This document shows positions 24,736-38,185 of a stretch of DNA of 64,000 nt, in pieces (positions within the stretch are counted from its first letter, which is position 1; every line of letters starts with the position of its first letter). Where the stretch lies: contig CM061254.1 of NCBI GenBank assembly GCA_022605425.2, positions 372,001 through 436,000 of the forward strand. The letters are read 5' to 3'. The DNA is from Hamiltosporidium tvaerminnensis FI-OER-3-3 (Eukaryota; Fungi; Microsporidia). A program made the translations under genes and the position numbers. The notes below the pieces were generated by a model. That model was given only the letters and a program-made list of their open reading frames with translations. It was not told where the DNA came from and did no database searches.

Positions 24736-27700
24736 AATATGGGTAGAAGAAAAAAAGTTGACAGCGAAAATATAAAAAATGATGAAATAAATGCTGTAAA
24801 CAACTCGGAAATTAGTTTTAAAGAGATAAAAACGTGTGATAGAGATGTAGTAACTATATCCGAGACGCTTCCACCACAACCGACCATCTATAATAACACT
24901 CACTCCCCATCGAGCAATACGCTTCAGGCTACTCCAATCAGCCTGCTCGATTCCGCACTCCCTTCTTCCTGTCCCGATTCTTCGGCGTGTGGACCAGCCA
25001 ACACAATGGAAAACCTCAATGCACCTGCCATTCCAGAAGGAAATCGACTGATGGTATTGCATTCAATACTTGACTCTGTCACAGCCGTAGAGCAGGAATG
25101 GCCTAGATCTGCTATGTCAGCGGTGCAAAAAAGGTTTGAGAGAATGCCTAGAAATGGCTGGTCTGCAATTCTTAGGTACTATAATGGGAAATTTGGTCGA
25201 ACTGTTGATATCGATGTGTTAAAAAAATTAATACATAATGAGGCAGAAAGAGAAATAAGGCAAGAAGAGAATGGAGAGCGACGTAGAATCGCCACTTGTC
25301 TCGCCGAGCCCTGTTCCTTAACTGACACTACACTCTATATGAACCTGAGAGAAAAGTTCTTGTGCAAAATCAAGGAACTCTCGGAGAAGGAAATCGGAGA
25401 TGTAGTGGTCCGAACTAGAAAACTTCCAAGTGAATTGGTTGATAGTAAAGTTTTGGAACTCATAAATCGGATCACAGGTGAATATGCTGAATCTCATGTG
25501 CCTAAGAATGTTGGTGATGCAGCTCGAATCATCCAGGCGGCCCAGGTATGTTATGACGAGGAAACACGTAAGGAGAAACCTAGATCCGCTTGGAAGGAAA
25601 ACATAGAATGTAAAATTTCTAAGTTAGTACTTTCCAAAGATCTCCTCGAGAAGGCTCGCAAGCAGGAAAAGCTCTCTACTTCGGAAACGAAAAGTCTCAG
25701 AAAAATTATGCGAGAGTTTAATTTAGACTTAAGCAAAGTAAATGATCTCTCTGTGGCTTTGGTTAAGAAGAATGAGGCCTTGAATGTGTACGAGAAAAAA
25801 ATTACGATGTATGAAAGTAGGAGAAAATTTCGAAAAGAGAATCGTATGTTTGAGTTATTCCGAGGTCGATTCTATCGAGGGTTATCTGAGCGCGTTGAAT
25901 CCGAGCATGTGGTTTATCGTGACGAAATTTCAGAATTTTGGTCTACAATGTGGAATAAAAATGATAAAGTAGTTACATATGATGAGTATTTGATACCTTT
26001 CGTGTCAGATACGCACCAGACCACGTTTCCTTTACTTGAAAAGTTTATAGATATCATCAATTGGCTGCCTAACTGGAAAGCCGCTGGAATTGATGGTATT
26101 TATAACTTTTACATCAAGAAACTTACGAGCCTTCATAAATATCTTTACGATATTGTGAAAGCTATATGTTTAGAAGGAACGCCTCAAGCCGATTGGTATT
26201 ATTGTGGACTTACTTATCTGATACCTAAAGGTACAACAAAGACTGGCTCTGATTACAGACCAATAACACGTATGTCAAACCTGTATAAACTGACTACAAA
26301 ATGTGTCACTAAAGTGGTTCAGGTTGAGGTGGAAAGACGAGGATTACTTTCAGATAATCAGTTGGGAGCGGTTAGAGGAGTGCAAGGAGCGAAAGAACAG
26401 GCCTTATTGAATATTGCCATTAATAAAGAGTACGGAAACAATCTTAAGGCAACATGGATTGATGTCAAAAAAGCTTATGATTCAATAGATCATGCTTATT
26501 TAACTCAATGTATTGAAAACCTTAATTTACCTGATTGGATCCTGAAATTTATTAAGGTAATTATATCAAAATGGAAAATTGATATATCAGTAGGGCCTGA
26601 AAAAATCATGAGTAAGAAGATTGATAGAGGGATTCTGCAAGGAGATAGTTTGTCACCATTATTGTTTGTGTTGTGTATGGATCCATTGAGCCGAAAGCTT
26701 AATGAGAAATACACAAAAGTGAGAATAAAGACAGATGCAGAATCCCACGCGACTAATCATCTCTTGTTTATTGATGATCTTAAGCTCCTTGCCGAAGATG
26801 GACAAACATTGGAAGAAATGACGGAGGAGGTTAAAAAGTTTATGAATAATATAGGATTGGAAATTAACAAAGAGAAGTCAGCCACTAATGATCCATGTTG
26901 TGAAGATACTGCTACTCTTCTTGAAGGAATAGGTGTTTATAAATACCTTGGAATTATAGAAGATAGCAGAGGAATTCCAACAAGTAAGTCGTTTGAGGAA
27001 GTACAGACCAAACTTATAGCACGAGTAAAAGACTTTGTCGCACGAGATTAAATGCAAGAAATTTATTTCAAGCCATTAATCAACATGCAATTTCTTTACT
27101 AAACTATCATATAGGTGTACTCCGACTTGAACCGGCTGACTTCTCTAAGTTAGATGATGCGGTGCGTGCAGTGTTAGTAAAGAACAAAATACATCTACGC
27201 CCAGGATGCAAAGAACGTCTATACCTTCCACGTAAAGAACTTGGAAGAGGTTTACATAGTGTCGAGTTCAAAAGCGAACATATGCTTTTGCAACTCTTGG
27301 ATTGTCTGGAAAAACATAAAGATACATCGACCAGAAGAGCAGCAATCCTAAAGGTTGAGAATAATAATAAAACCCACCTTTCACTGATTAAAAACTTTTT
27401 AAAAATAAAATACGGGTTGGAAGAGGAAGTCACAAAAAAGAAATTGGAAGAAGCTCAACTAGCTAACCTATATAACGAAATCAAAAACCGAAAACTACAT
27501 TCAAAGTTATATAGCGCTAGAAATAACGAGCTGGTAAGTGTAAATGACTCCTCAAGATGGTTAAAGAAAGGAAGTGTAAGACCACGTGATGAAGCAGTGT
27601 TCTGTTATATCCAGGATAGAAATGTTTTCTGGGGTGCAGAAGGTATGTGTCAACACTGCAACCAGTCTAGGAAAACTGTTGATCACTTAGCAACGAGATG

Positions 27701-28523
27701 TGAAAAAATGCTTGGTCATGACTATACTAGACGACATAATGAAGTGGTACGATGTATACATTTACTCTTGCTGAATAAATATAAGTTTAAGTCTTCGAAA
27801 CGAATTAGAAGCCACTCAGTTCAAGAAATTCTTGATAACGAATATGCAGAGATAAGAGTGGACACCAGAATAAAAACTGATGTCAAGATTCGGTGTAACA
27901 GACCAGATATATTTATTTTAGACAAGAGACATAATAGGATAACCCTCATTGAAGTAGGAATAACATCCCAAGACTCTCTTCAAATAGTTGAAACAGAGAA
28001 GCTTAGGAAGTATGACCTATTAGCAAATGAGTTAGGTCTTATTTATAAATGCAATGTCGAGATAATTCCTTATGTGATGACCTGGGACGGTATTGTGACA
28101 AAATACCATAAGACGTATGTTAAGAGACTGCAAATACCCATGAATGTAGAGGCATATATACAATCCATAGTACTCAAGAAGACAGTCGAAACAATTTCTT
28201 TTGATCGACGAAGAGGACTTGAGTCTGGTCCAAATGCCGAGGAGAGCTGGGAGAGAGCATCATTAAGTGTTATCTTAGGAGCCGAGATGCATAAACAACC
28301 AATACCCCCTTTAAAGCAAGTAGACAACGAGGAAGATGATGTTAAAACGGAAAATACAAAAAATATTTTACCCCTTATTTTGGATGGCATAACCACAGCA
28401 AAGGAACCAACAACTAATACAAATGAAGAGTTGGAGTTGGAGGAAAAGATAGAAGTGGTTGAAATGGTGGAAAGAATTATTTAAAAAGAAAAATTTGTTA
28501 ACCCAGAATTTTATTAAATAAAA
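24736..28523 (+). mobile_element. Near-intact RLE-type (R4/Dong-like) non-LTR retrotransposon with target-site duplication
   Basis: Direct repeat TTAACGGTTGAT at 24724-24735 and 28524-28535 (15 bp with one mismatch). Single long ORF with RT, CCHC and PD-(D/E)xK-type nuclease. Short 3' end TTGTTAACCCAGAATTTTATTAAATAAAA. Confidence 0.95.
24739..28484 (+). CDS. Retrotransposon polyprotein: reverse transcriptase, CCHC zinc knuckle and restriction-like endonuclease (~1248 aa once a 1-nt deletion at 27027-27030 is corrected)
   Basis: RT motifs WKAAGIDGI, YRPIT, WIDVKKAYDSI, GILQGDSLSPLLF, HLLFIDDLKL, YKYLG; CQHC...DHLATRC; RRHNEV; RPDIFILD...LIEVG...KLRKY. The copy at 42219..43310 reads RVERLCHTRLNA across the break, showing that one base is missing. 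Confidence 0.93.
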
Positions 28524-29018
28524 TTAACGGTTGATTATTTTAAATTCGTAATTTATGTATCAAATAATTTTAAAAATTTACAGTTATTGTTTTTTCATTT
28601 AGGTTTATACCTCAAGTATCTAATTCATAATAAATCAATTTTTTGACTACAATAAACTTACTATTGATTTAATATTAATGATTTGTCTAAATCATCTCAT
28701 TTGATATCCAAACACATCACAAAACGAAAAAAAATAATCTATAAATTTATAAGCCATGTAACTCATAGATATACAAAGCACAATAATAGAAATCAGTTTG
28801 GTGTCAAAATTAAATTTTATAAAATAAAAATGCGCAAAACAAAAGGTCCAAAAAACTTGTTTGTAATAATTGAAAACATGCCTTGTTTGGGTAGCTTTAA
28901 GCCCAAAACGAATTTAAGATAAAAATCCATTAAATACTTTTTCTCCCAATTTTTATTTTATATTCTAATAGAGATTCTAGAAGATCGGAAAAATTTACAA
29001 TGGAATTTTGGCCTATCC

Positions 29019-30494
29019 ATGCATATTCTGCTTCTTTTTATATTCTTTACAGATTTTATATCATTATCGTATAAAAAAAGAAAGACATAAAACGAATCAA
29101 AGACAAATACCACAAAGAAACAAAGTATTACATCGTCCCATGATATAGGAACAGAAGAAAATATTGAAATTCAAATAACAAATATAAATGCTGAAACTAT
29201 AAAGAACAGTATCAAAGATATTTCTGAAAAGGTCTTCCAAAATTTTACATTTTACTTTCAAATTGGTCAAATATTTAGAAAAAAAAGTAATTTAAATGAA
29301 AACCCAAAAGTAAATCCTTTTGATTTACGAGCATTTTCAGAGTAACTTCTCAATGGCAATTTTTGTTCTACAAAAAAATATGAAAATATTGAAATATTAA
29401 ATCTTAGCAATTAGACAGAAGAAAGACTATTAAATGAACTATGTTACATGAGAGATTTTATAGAAGCCAATAATATTGACCAACCTGGATTTCTAGACAG
29501 TATTTTTAAATTTTCTGGAAAAATTAATTTGCTTCGAAAAAAATAGATGTAACCTACTTTCGAAAGAAGAAATGATCCAAAAAGTTTATGCTTTGGGTTT
29601 TCGTTCTATACCCTATAGAATATATTCCGATAAAAAATTTGTGCTTCTCAATGATTTACTTATGTTTTCATTTATTTATAATGATAAAATCGAACTGAGT
29701 CTTAAAAAAAATTATGCTTTATACGTATTCTTTTTATTTGAAGTAATCATGGTACAACTTGAAAAAAAATTCAAACTGAATTCAATTCTACAATTTCTTA
29801 TACGGGAACTTTAAAAAAGAAAAGAATACTTTATGGTTTTGAGATTAGTGTTTTTTACATGAGAATTATATTTTCTAATATTTTATTGGCTATCGATGAT
29901 GGCAATTTCCATGCAAAAATATATTTTCATACAGCTTTATTAGATTTATCGTGTAGCTTACCAAAAGAAATGAACCAACTTTTTAAGACCTATTTTTTTA
30001 GGATTTCAATTGATCTGTTTTTTTCGCTTTGCTTTAATATTGAAGATAATTTAAGCGATAAATTGTTGCTTTCTATACTCGATTTGACCAATGATGTTTT
30101 AGATAATCGAAATAAAAAAATATTAGTCTTAAACAAAGTTAAAAATATTTTAATAAGTTATTCTGATAGTCGGTTTTTGCATCAAAATATAGAAGCTATA
30201 AAGTTTTATAAGATTTTTAACAATCAAGCAACCCATAATATTCATTTTTCTGAATTCTTCAATAAAATAAATATTTTGACCGAAGATGAGATTATTTATC
30301 TGAAATCGGTAAATATTAATATGTGGTTGACGAGATTAATTGAGACCAAAGTATGCTTTACATTGATAAAAATACATTTTTATAATTATACGCTACAAAA
30401 AAAAACTACTGCTAGTCGTAAATATAATTTTAAAAATGGTATTAAAAAGGAAATAGAATTCTATATTCAAGCGCCAAATGACATTCGAAATTAA
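29019..30494 (+). pseudogene. Disrupted secreted-type gene, probable distant paralogue of the 611-aa protein at 6532..8367
   Basis: CC-ATG start, MHILLLFIFFTDFISLSYKKRK then a stop. Later fragments FVLLNDLLMFSFIYNDKIELSLKKNYALYVFFLFEV and HAKIYFHTALLDLS resemble YHILSEIPFFMYSYNNNLIHIKEGYVFYVSFMLKLLEV and QLNILLHSVFLQNS, in the same order. Confidence 0.6.
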
Positions 30495-30564
30495 ATTATT
30501 TTTAAGTTTATTTTATTTTCAAATCCTTTAAAAAAAGGTTTCTTTAAATTTTTTTCATAATTAT

Positions 30565-31215
30565 ACGCATTTTGGGGTTAGCATAGTTAACTGCTTATAT
30601 AACACATTGTTTGTGTCTCTCACAATACCATACATCTCATAGCCTTTCCTCTATAAGAGTTATAAAATCAATTTAAAAGGTAGAACGGTTGCTTCCGAAC
30701 TCGTTTATGGCCGTTACATCGGAGTGAATGAGCTTCGAAAACCGCCTTGAACGCTTACTGACTATAGAGTTTGCTCTTGCGCTACACTTTGTGAACCAAT
30801 AAACCTACAGCGCTGATTTATCTCTGCAAAACACAAGGATCTAACTAGACCGTGCAATCATATAGAAACAAGTTTAACATGCTATATGCTTATTGGCTTT
30901 TCAACATGGTGTGTTTTTTGTATCTTTAAGGAGCTACAATTCTAAGCGAAGTAATCACAACAGAGCTTCAATCCTCAAAATAAATTTACATATAGTTACT
31001 TGTAGTTTTATATCTGTTTTCATAGATTTTATTTATAAAGAACTTTAAATGAATTTGTAGAAAAATTCATAGAATATCGAAGCCTTTTTCCTGCGTAAAA
31101 GAATATCCACGGAAAATCAAAAATAGTCCCTGGTTTTTATCGCAAAAAAAGTACAAACAACAATTTCATTTACTTATTGCCAAGCAAATGATTTCAAGTC
31201 AACAGCCTAACTCTA
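30565..31215 (+). repeat. Dispersed repeat, long form (B), copy 4 (more diverged)
   Basis: Head ACGCATTTTGGGGTTAGCATAGTTAACTGCT vs ACGCAGTTCTAGGTTAAGCATAAATAACTGCT; internal GAACCAATAAAC and CTAGAC.GTGC; tail CTTATTGCCAAGCA. Confidence 0.7.
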
Positions 31216-31233
31216 TCGTTTTTACATTTAAAC

Positions 31234-32234
31234 CAGAGATCTCCACACCACGGTCCGCAGCTACATATTTTTCTAGCCGGCCACGATTCTTTTATTATGT
31301 AGCTTTTTTTCAAATAAGGAAATAAAATAAAAAATATGGATAAATTAGGCAAAATGAATCGCACTTATAGCCAATTTGAACTTAAATTTATATTGGAAGA
31401 AGATTCCTAGCGTTTTAATTATTTTTTTTACGATAGCAATCATTTTTTTATTATTTATACTAAAAAATCAAAATGAAATAACAAAAACTATATGGCAGGA
31501 TTTACTATTTATGAGAATGGTCTCGTTAAGATTTTTCTGTAACAATTTGTTGAAATTCTGGATTAACTTTACAAGTATAAATTATCAGTAATGACTTCAA
31601 TTGCTTATCTGTTAATTTAGATAAGTAACTGATATTTGTATATTTCATTTTAGAGAATGTTCCTTCGCACAAATAGGTAGAGCCGAAAGCGGAAATAAAA
31701 TCGAGCAAATTTATGAACGTGATTGAATTGCGTGGCATGAAGACTCTTGTAAAATTTACGTAATCTAAATGTCTATTTTTACATAGAAAAACGTAAATAT
31801 ACATATTAGTTTTTATGAATATCTATATTAAACTTTATAAATTTGATTTAAAAATATTAATAATTAAAATTGCTTCCCTATCATGCCGGGAGCAGAACTG
31901 GCTTAGAGTTTATCTACCAGTCGTAAGAGGCGACAACAAGAGACTGGACCTCCAAGTTTGGATCAGGCGTAAGGCTAACAGCCCACCCTTTAAAACACAC
32001 TTGCTACCAACCCCCAAAAAATTAAACAAACCTACTAGAAAAAAACCGTTGAGCGGTTTTACCGAGTGAGGCCAAGGCTTGTTCAAGGCTGTAGTGCAAA
32101 TAATGAATGACTCAATAATTAAAGTTGCTGAAAAATTTTTGCAGTATGGTGGCACAAAAAGTAAAGAGTTTTTGGCATGAAGGACCTTTTTTAAAGGCAA
32201 TGTGCCTGCGAGCCAAAAAGTTTAGAGACCTTTG
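31234..32234 (-). mobile_element. Non-autonomous hAT (Charlie/SPIN/Buster-type) DNA transposon with a transposase C-terminal remnant
   Basis: Imperfect TIRs CAGAGATCTCCACAC / GTTTAGAGACCTTTG; perfect 8-bp TSD ATTTAAAC at 31226-31233 and 32235-32242; ORF 31526..31804 contains the hAT dimerisation signature FGSTYLCEGTFSKMKY...SKLTDKQLKSLL. Confidence 0.92.
31875..32113 (+). mobile_element. Bipartite non-autonomous RTE-derived retroelement (SINE-like), copy 1, nested in the hAT element
   Basis: TSD AATAATTAAA(A/G)TTGCT at 31859-31874 and 32114-32129; 5' part GTCGTAAGAGGCGAC and GGCGTAAGGCTAACAGCCCACCCTTTAAAA; 3' part GAGGCCAAGGCTTGTTCAAGGCTGTAGTGC plus ATGAATGA tail. Confidence 0.85.
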
Positions 32235-33463
32235 ATTTAAACCAATTATATTTTTAAATTTTTTCAAATATTACGAAATATAATTTGCTTAAAATAAATC
32301 ATAAACTAGACCAGACCTCTTTCATTTGAATTGTCTTTGTGCATTTGATGTTTTAAATAAACAGATAAATACTCTTTGTTATTTAATTATAAAATTAAGT
32401 CATAATCACAATTTTTTTAGTATTTGAATACAGCTCTATGTGTTATTTCTTCTCCTAAATAATTTATTTAGATTTAAAATCGCCCTAGGAAATTGTTTTA
32501 TATCCGGTCAACTGTATATATTTTAATTTTTTATTAGTTTAATATTTTTTTCTTACTTTGCTACATATTTTTCAAAGTTTTACGCATTGCATGCGTCACT
32601 AAGCTCCCTGTACGGCATATTGTGGCGCTTCTTTTTGGATTTCATTTGCATTTAGAAATAAACATATAAATTATAGATTAAAAGTTAAACAAAATTAATA
32701 ATAAAAAAATAATTAAATTACATTGCTATAAAATAAAAGCACAAAATAAATTTATGAATATTTTATAGTTAGTTGGTTTCTATTATTTTGTTAAAACAGC
32801 CACATATTAAAATACAATATCTTCAAATAAAACTATTGATGAGTGTTATAAAGAGAAATGTCATTCATTTGTTGACAATTACATACAAAAATACGATAAT
32901 AATATGTCTGTAGATTTATAATCGTTGAAAAATAAGGATGAAACATGTAGAAAACTTAAATATAATCTGAATTGGGTAAATATATCACGAGATTTTGCGC
33001 AAAGGAAAATAAAAATTTTAGAAGCCGTTACGTTCGGTTAAGAATATAAATAAACATAATATAATGTATAGAATTTGACTTTGATTAAATTAATATGTAC
33101 ATTCTTACTTATATTTATTTATAAAATTGTATTTTCATTAAAATTTATTATATCTGGCGTGCAATATAATATAAATTTGTTGTGTCAAATAAATTCCAAA
33201 ATCTTGTGTTAGTATTTATTTTTTTTTATTTAAAAAATTGTTCAAAGACCGGAGAAAATAATCGCTGGATATCTCTTGGTTGAATTTTTAAACTATAAAT
33301 TAATACGAGATTGATTCATTATTTTTCTGTTTATATGATCTATGAGTTCAATCTGAAAATAAATTTCATTAAAGAAATATCAATTCGACTAAACTTAATA
33401 ATTGTGTTAATAGTCTGGTGGTCTAGATATAATTACTTAATTACTTATTTGGTACTCTTATAA

Positions 33464-33657
33464 TTCTCGGTGTATAGAATAAACAAATGGAAGTTTTTCA
33501 TTTTATTCTTTTAATCTGTTATAACTCGGGATTATAGGGGATTTGCTTATAGATCCAATATGTTTACATCTTCCTAAAATATTAAGAATGGTTTTCGATC
33601 AATTTTATAGATCCATGCTAATTAGTTGGTTTTTAATGCAGTTATCCTCCCACACCA
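33464..33657 (+). repeat. Dispersed repeat, short form (C), copy 2
   Basis: TTCTCGGTGT...AACAAATGGAAGTTTTTCATTT...TTTAATCTGTTATAACTCGGGATTATAGGGGATT...GTTTTTAATGCAGTTATCCTCCCACACCA. Confidence 0.85.
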
Positions 33658-36600
33658 GTGGCCAGGATTTAAAATTTAATTTGGAATGCAGGATTTTACC
33701 ACTCGATTTCGTCCGCTCTTTGTCCCCGGCATAAAAGATGTTGTGTTAAGCTAAGGATCTAATTTCAAATGTGAAATACATCTAAATTCCACAACTAAAA
33801 TGATGGGCTTTTAAATCATTCCTTGGATGATATCTTCATTATAAGTAATGTTAAAGCCAAAAAGAACCATAAATATAGAAACCAATATTTATGTTTGTCC
33901 AACTCATATACAGAGTTTATCTATTTAAGGAGCCACTACCTATTTTTTATAAACCATTTTTTAGTTTAATTTTTTCTTTTTAGTTCGGATTCATGATGCC
34001 TTTTTTACTAGCAGAATTTTCAATAAAATTCACATTTTTTTGATTTATATAGTAACTGGAAGGAAGTTCGCTCAAAATGCAACACAATGAAAATATTTTA
34101 GCCATTATAAAAATAGCGCTAAAACAAACCCTAGTGAATAAAAATGATGCGCCTTCGGGCTATGATTGAAGAAAAAACGGTTTCTTGAAGTAAGAAATAC
34201 TATGAGTCAATAAACAAAAAATTGTTCTATAGAGAAATCGAAATTATTTATAGAGGAAGTTTACGAGAATGCTTTTTAGAACAGCATGTAGTATTTAATG
34301 CATATATCTTACCGGATCAAAAACATATGAATTAGAGATATGAAAGCTTCAAAACCTCTTTGTCGGTTATAAAAGTAAAATAATGGATGAATATGCCTCA
34401 ATTTTTTAACACGGATGCTATATCACCTATTAGGTTAGATATCTCTAATATCACTAATAATTTGACGACATCCGTGAAGATCACGCAAATATATTGGGCT
34501 AATCGAAGAAATTATGCCGACGAAATAGCGAATAGTTAAAGATGAAAAACATTTTAGGATGTCGTAAAAATTATTTTTTTAGTTTATTATAAAGTATAAC
34601 ATCCAAAAACTGTTTTTCTGATCCAAGCAAATATATTATTATCTAAGCGTTCAATTGTTTTTCCACGCGATAAAAATTTTAGCTTTTAATTCCTTTGTCG
34701 CGGAATTTATATGCTTGCTCTATATTATATATGTAAGTAGAAGAACAGAGCAGTGTCGTGATAATATTCAATCATTTGCAAAGAAAATTACGAAGACATT
34801 TGCTGGACTCGAAAAGGGTCGAGATTGTTAATAAATTTGTATTTGAATGTAGTAAATAATTGTTTGTGTCAATAAGTATGTCACTAATATGGATATTTAG
34901 AGGCTAAACATGTATAAATATATTTCTTGCACCAATTAGATCAATATAAATGAAGAAATTTTGAAATTCTAGCAAAAGAATAAACCATTGTTTAAAATTT
35001 AGAATTTACTGAAGAAATGAACAATATAGGAGTTAATTGTAGAGTAGCAAGCCTCCATTTTTGTCCTAAAGAGTTGATATGAAGTATAAAGAAACTGATA
35101 GTTCGAGAATAGTCGAAGATTTTTATGATATTACCACTGTATCGCATTTAATCAGTGACTAATCCTTGTTGAAAATCCCTAAATCAGTTCAAGGGCCACG
35201 GAAAAACGAAAGAATAGCTTTTTTAAAAAGAAGCCGAATAATTGAATATAGAGTAGGATATGTCAATTTTAAGGACCTACATAGAGAAGATCCAAGAATA
35301 TCAAAACTTATATGTAAAACAAGTATAAAAAGCTATAAATTCAAATAAAGTTTGTTTCTATCGTCCATTTCCTCTTTTTCTATTACATAATGCATTTCTC
35401 TCATTATTTTTATCATTTCTTTTTTTCTTATATTTCTTTGGTTTTTTTGTTATTTTTGTATTTACGGGAACGAATTAGTATTATATTTGCAAAAATTTAG
35501 CTTAATTGTCAAATATATCTTTATACATCTATTATCAGTTATTTACCCACAATATCAATTCATTTTAACTTTTTATATGTTATAAGCAGTAAATTATGAT
35601 ATCAGATCTAATTTTGGATTCAACGAAAAATATATGGATAGGTAGACAACTCTTCTCAAAATTCATTAAATTCATTAAATTTGTTATAATTTCTTAAATT
35701 CTTATGGCTCTCTATATATTTGTTCTATTCCTTTATTAAAATATTAATTAGTGTTTCATTGGTATTTCGTTAATCTCTTATATATTTATTTAAAATTCTC
35801 AGAGTATTTATACCACTAAATTGCTTTATTTAATGTTTAACTTGCTCCTACGGTTTTTAGTCGACTTAAACTTCTTTTTTTTCATTCTAATTTGTGATGT
35901 CTTCTATTTATACTACTTACTGCCTTTTTTCTGCTGATCTTATAGACATGTAAGTTTTTTCTTAACGTAAAAAAGAATTTTTTATAAATTTGATTATAGT
36001 TTGGTAGGAAGTTATTCTATAATTTTGTATTTTTATTGTTTAAGAATGCCGAATAGCTCTATATAATTATTCCATGATAGAATTTCAAATATAATTGTTT
36101 TAGTGAACCATTTAAGCAAATAAATAGAACTCTCTTACAAAGGCTTAAAAATATAAAACATACGCTACTATTGTTAACGTACTTCTAAAAATAGTAAGAA
36201 ATGAAAACCGAACGAGCAATTTACATCGAATTATTATTTTAAAACGAAATATTAAAAAAAATAGATTATAAATTCTATTACTATGATGAATTGACAATTT
36301 TAAAAAGGTTGTCATCAGTAGTTAGTATTGATGTCAATAAGAATAAATTAAACGTTTCAAAGATATTTCTTTCTTCTTTCCCACCCTAGTATTGTCTTTT
36401 TAAGATCTTAAAATAAATCATAAGATCTATATTCTTAACAAAAAAACAGCATTTATGTGCCCTATATTTTCAAATCCATTTAATATTTCTAAGTATGTCG
36501 TTGTGAGGTGTTATTCGTTTTTCTAATAGGTTATCTGAAAACGGTGAGTAAATAGCCTTTTAAAGAAACAAATTTCTAAGTAAATTTTATATTTCAATTA

Positions 36601-37825
36601 AAATTAAATCAATAAAAAGTCTGGCAATTATTTTATTTCGAATGATGAATCATAAATAAGATCTTAAATTGATATTATTTAGAAAAAAATATGGTAGATC
36701 GATGTTAGCAAATAGGCCAAATATTAACGTATAAAAAAATCATACCGGTCTCTGATTAGATCTTTAATACCAAATCTAAAAAACCTGATATAAGAACGAA
36801 CGTAAAAACACCTTGAATGTTTATAATGTGCTACAAATATACAGAGATATTCCAAAAACCAGACTCACCAAATTAATTTTTAACGATTTTAAAAATTTAA
36901 AAATTATTTGATTATGTCATGAAATGAAATATAATATACGAATTAAGAATTAGTAGAGTTTGATATTCCGAAACCTATAGATAAAATCAATTCAGATATC
37001 ATGATAAAGAATATCAAGTGATTGGTTTATACCTTACGAATCCAATCAAATAATTCCGGGTAAAAGTTAAACAATAAATTGGATTTTATTTCATTTCTCA
37101 AATATTTCTTTTATTTTGAAAAATACTGATTGTAAATGAACTTTTTTAAATATAAAAGACAGAAGATAAGTACATTAAAACCAACACAAATGTATTTCTA
37201 CAAAATTACAAATTTACACATCAAAAAAGATATGTATGAATTATTAAAGATATAAAGAATCCACTAGTTTTATATAAATTTCAAACCTAAACATTGATTT
37301 TAATTGATTCGTTATTTTTAATCTAGATCAGCGTTGAGAAACTTATAGCAAAGTATGATATTCATTTAATGAATTATGGGATACAAAAATTTTCTTTAAA
37401 TGTATTTAAACTACTATTATCTCTAATGAAGAGCGTTACGTAAATATTCAAATCGACTGAATTAAAATTAAATATAAGAACAGAAAAGAAAAATACCAAT
37501 AAAAATATCTTCAGATTTAACACATTAAACAGTCTTCTAACGATCTTCTAATAATCTTGACTACTATTTTATAAAGTTATACAATATTATCTTTTAATTG
37601 TATCTTTAATGAGATACAAATCTTTTTACATTTTCTTTACAAATACACTCTTTTTATAAAATCTAATTGGTTAGAGATAGTAAGTAATTCAAGTTCTACA
37701 TTTATCTCCTTAAAAATATCACAAACCAATGAAATTGATATTTGAACAGATCTATTAAAACAATTGATCTTTCTCCTTAATAAAAGGAGATAAATAATAT
37801 AATAAGTTTATTTGACAACCACTGC

Positions 37826-38185
37826 ATGGATTACGATATACCATACCTTTGTCCGATTCTTGTGCCCAAACTATGTTTCACTACGTTTTTATGTCCGTGT
37901 CTGGTCTCTTCAATAGTATATGCAAGAATATTTAAAAATACCAATTTCTCACTCTTTGCTCTTATCTGCATACCTTTCAGTGCCTACGGAATCAGAAGAT
38001 TCGTTCAAAATAAATTAAAATACCAGGAAGACCACGAAGTAAGTATTTTAAAGAGTTGTTTTTGTTGTAGTTCGTTAGTACAGGACATACACGAAATGGA
38101 AATAAGAAGAATTGGAATTTATAAGTATTATGATGAACCTCTTGTAGATGAATCGACTGAGGAGTGTGAAAATATAGCTGTGTAA
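37826..38185 (+). CDS. PLAC8-family Cys-rich membrane protein
   Basis: CFTTFLCPCL motif, hydrophobic segment, IRRFVQNKLKY...SCFCCSSLVQDIHEM, matching the PLAC8 pattern CxxxxxCPC...R..xR..Y......CC...xQxxxE. Confidence 0.88.
   Translation: MDYDIPYLCPILVPKLCFTTFLCPCLVSSIVYARIFKNTNFSLFALICIPFSAYGIRRFVQNKLKYQEDHEVSILKSCFCCSSLVQDIHEMEIRRIGIYKYYDEPLVDESTEECENIAV

Noticed and set aside
34380-34780. Second possible Merlin-like transposase relic (IMDE...DDI...)
   Set aside because: The matches are too short and need too many frameshifts to support by eye.
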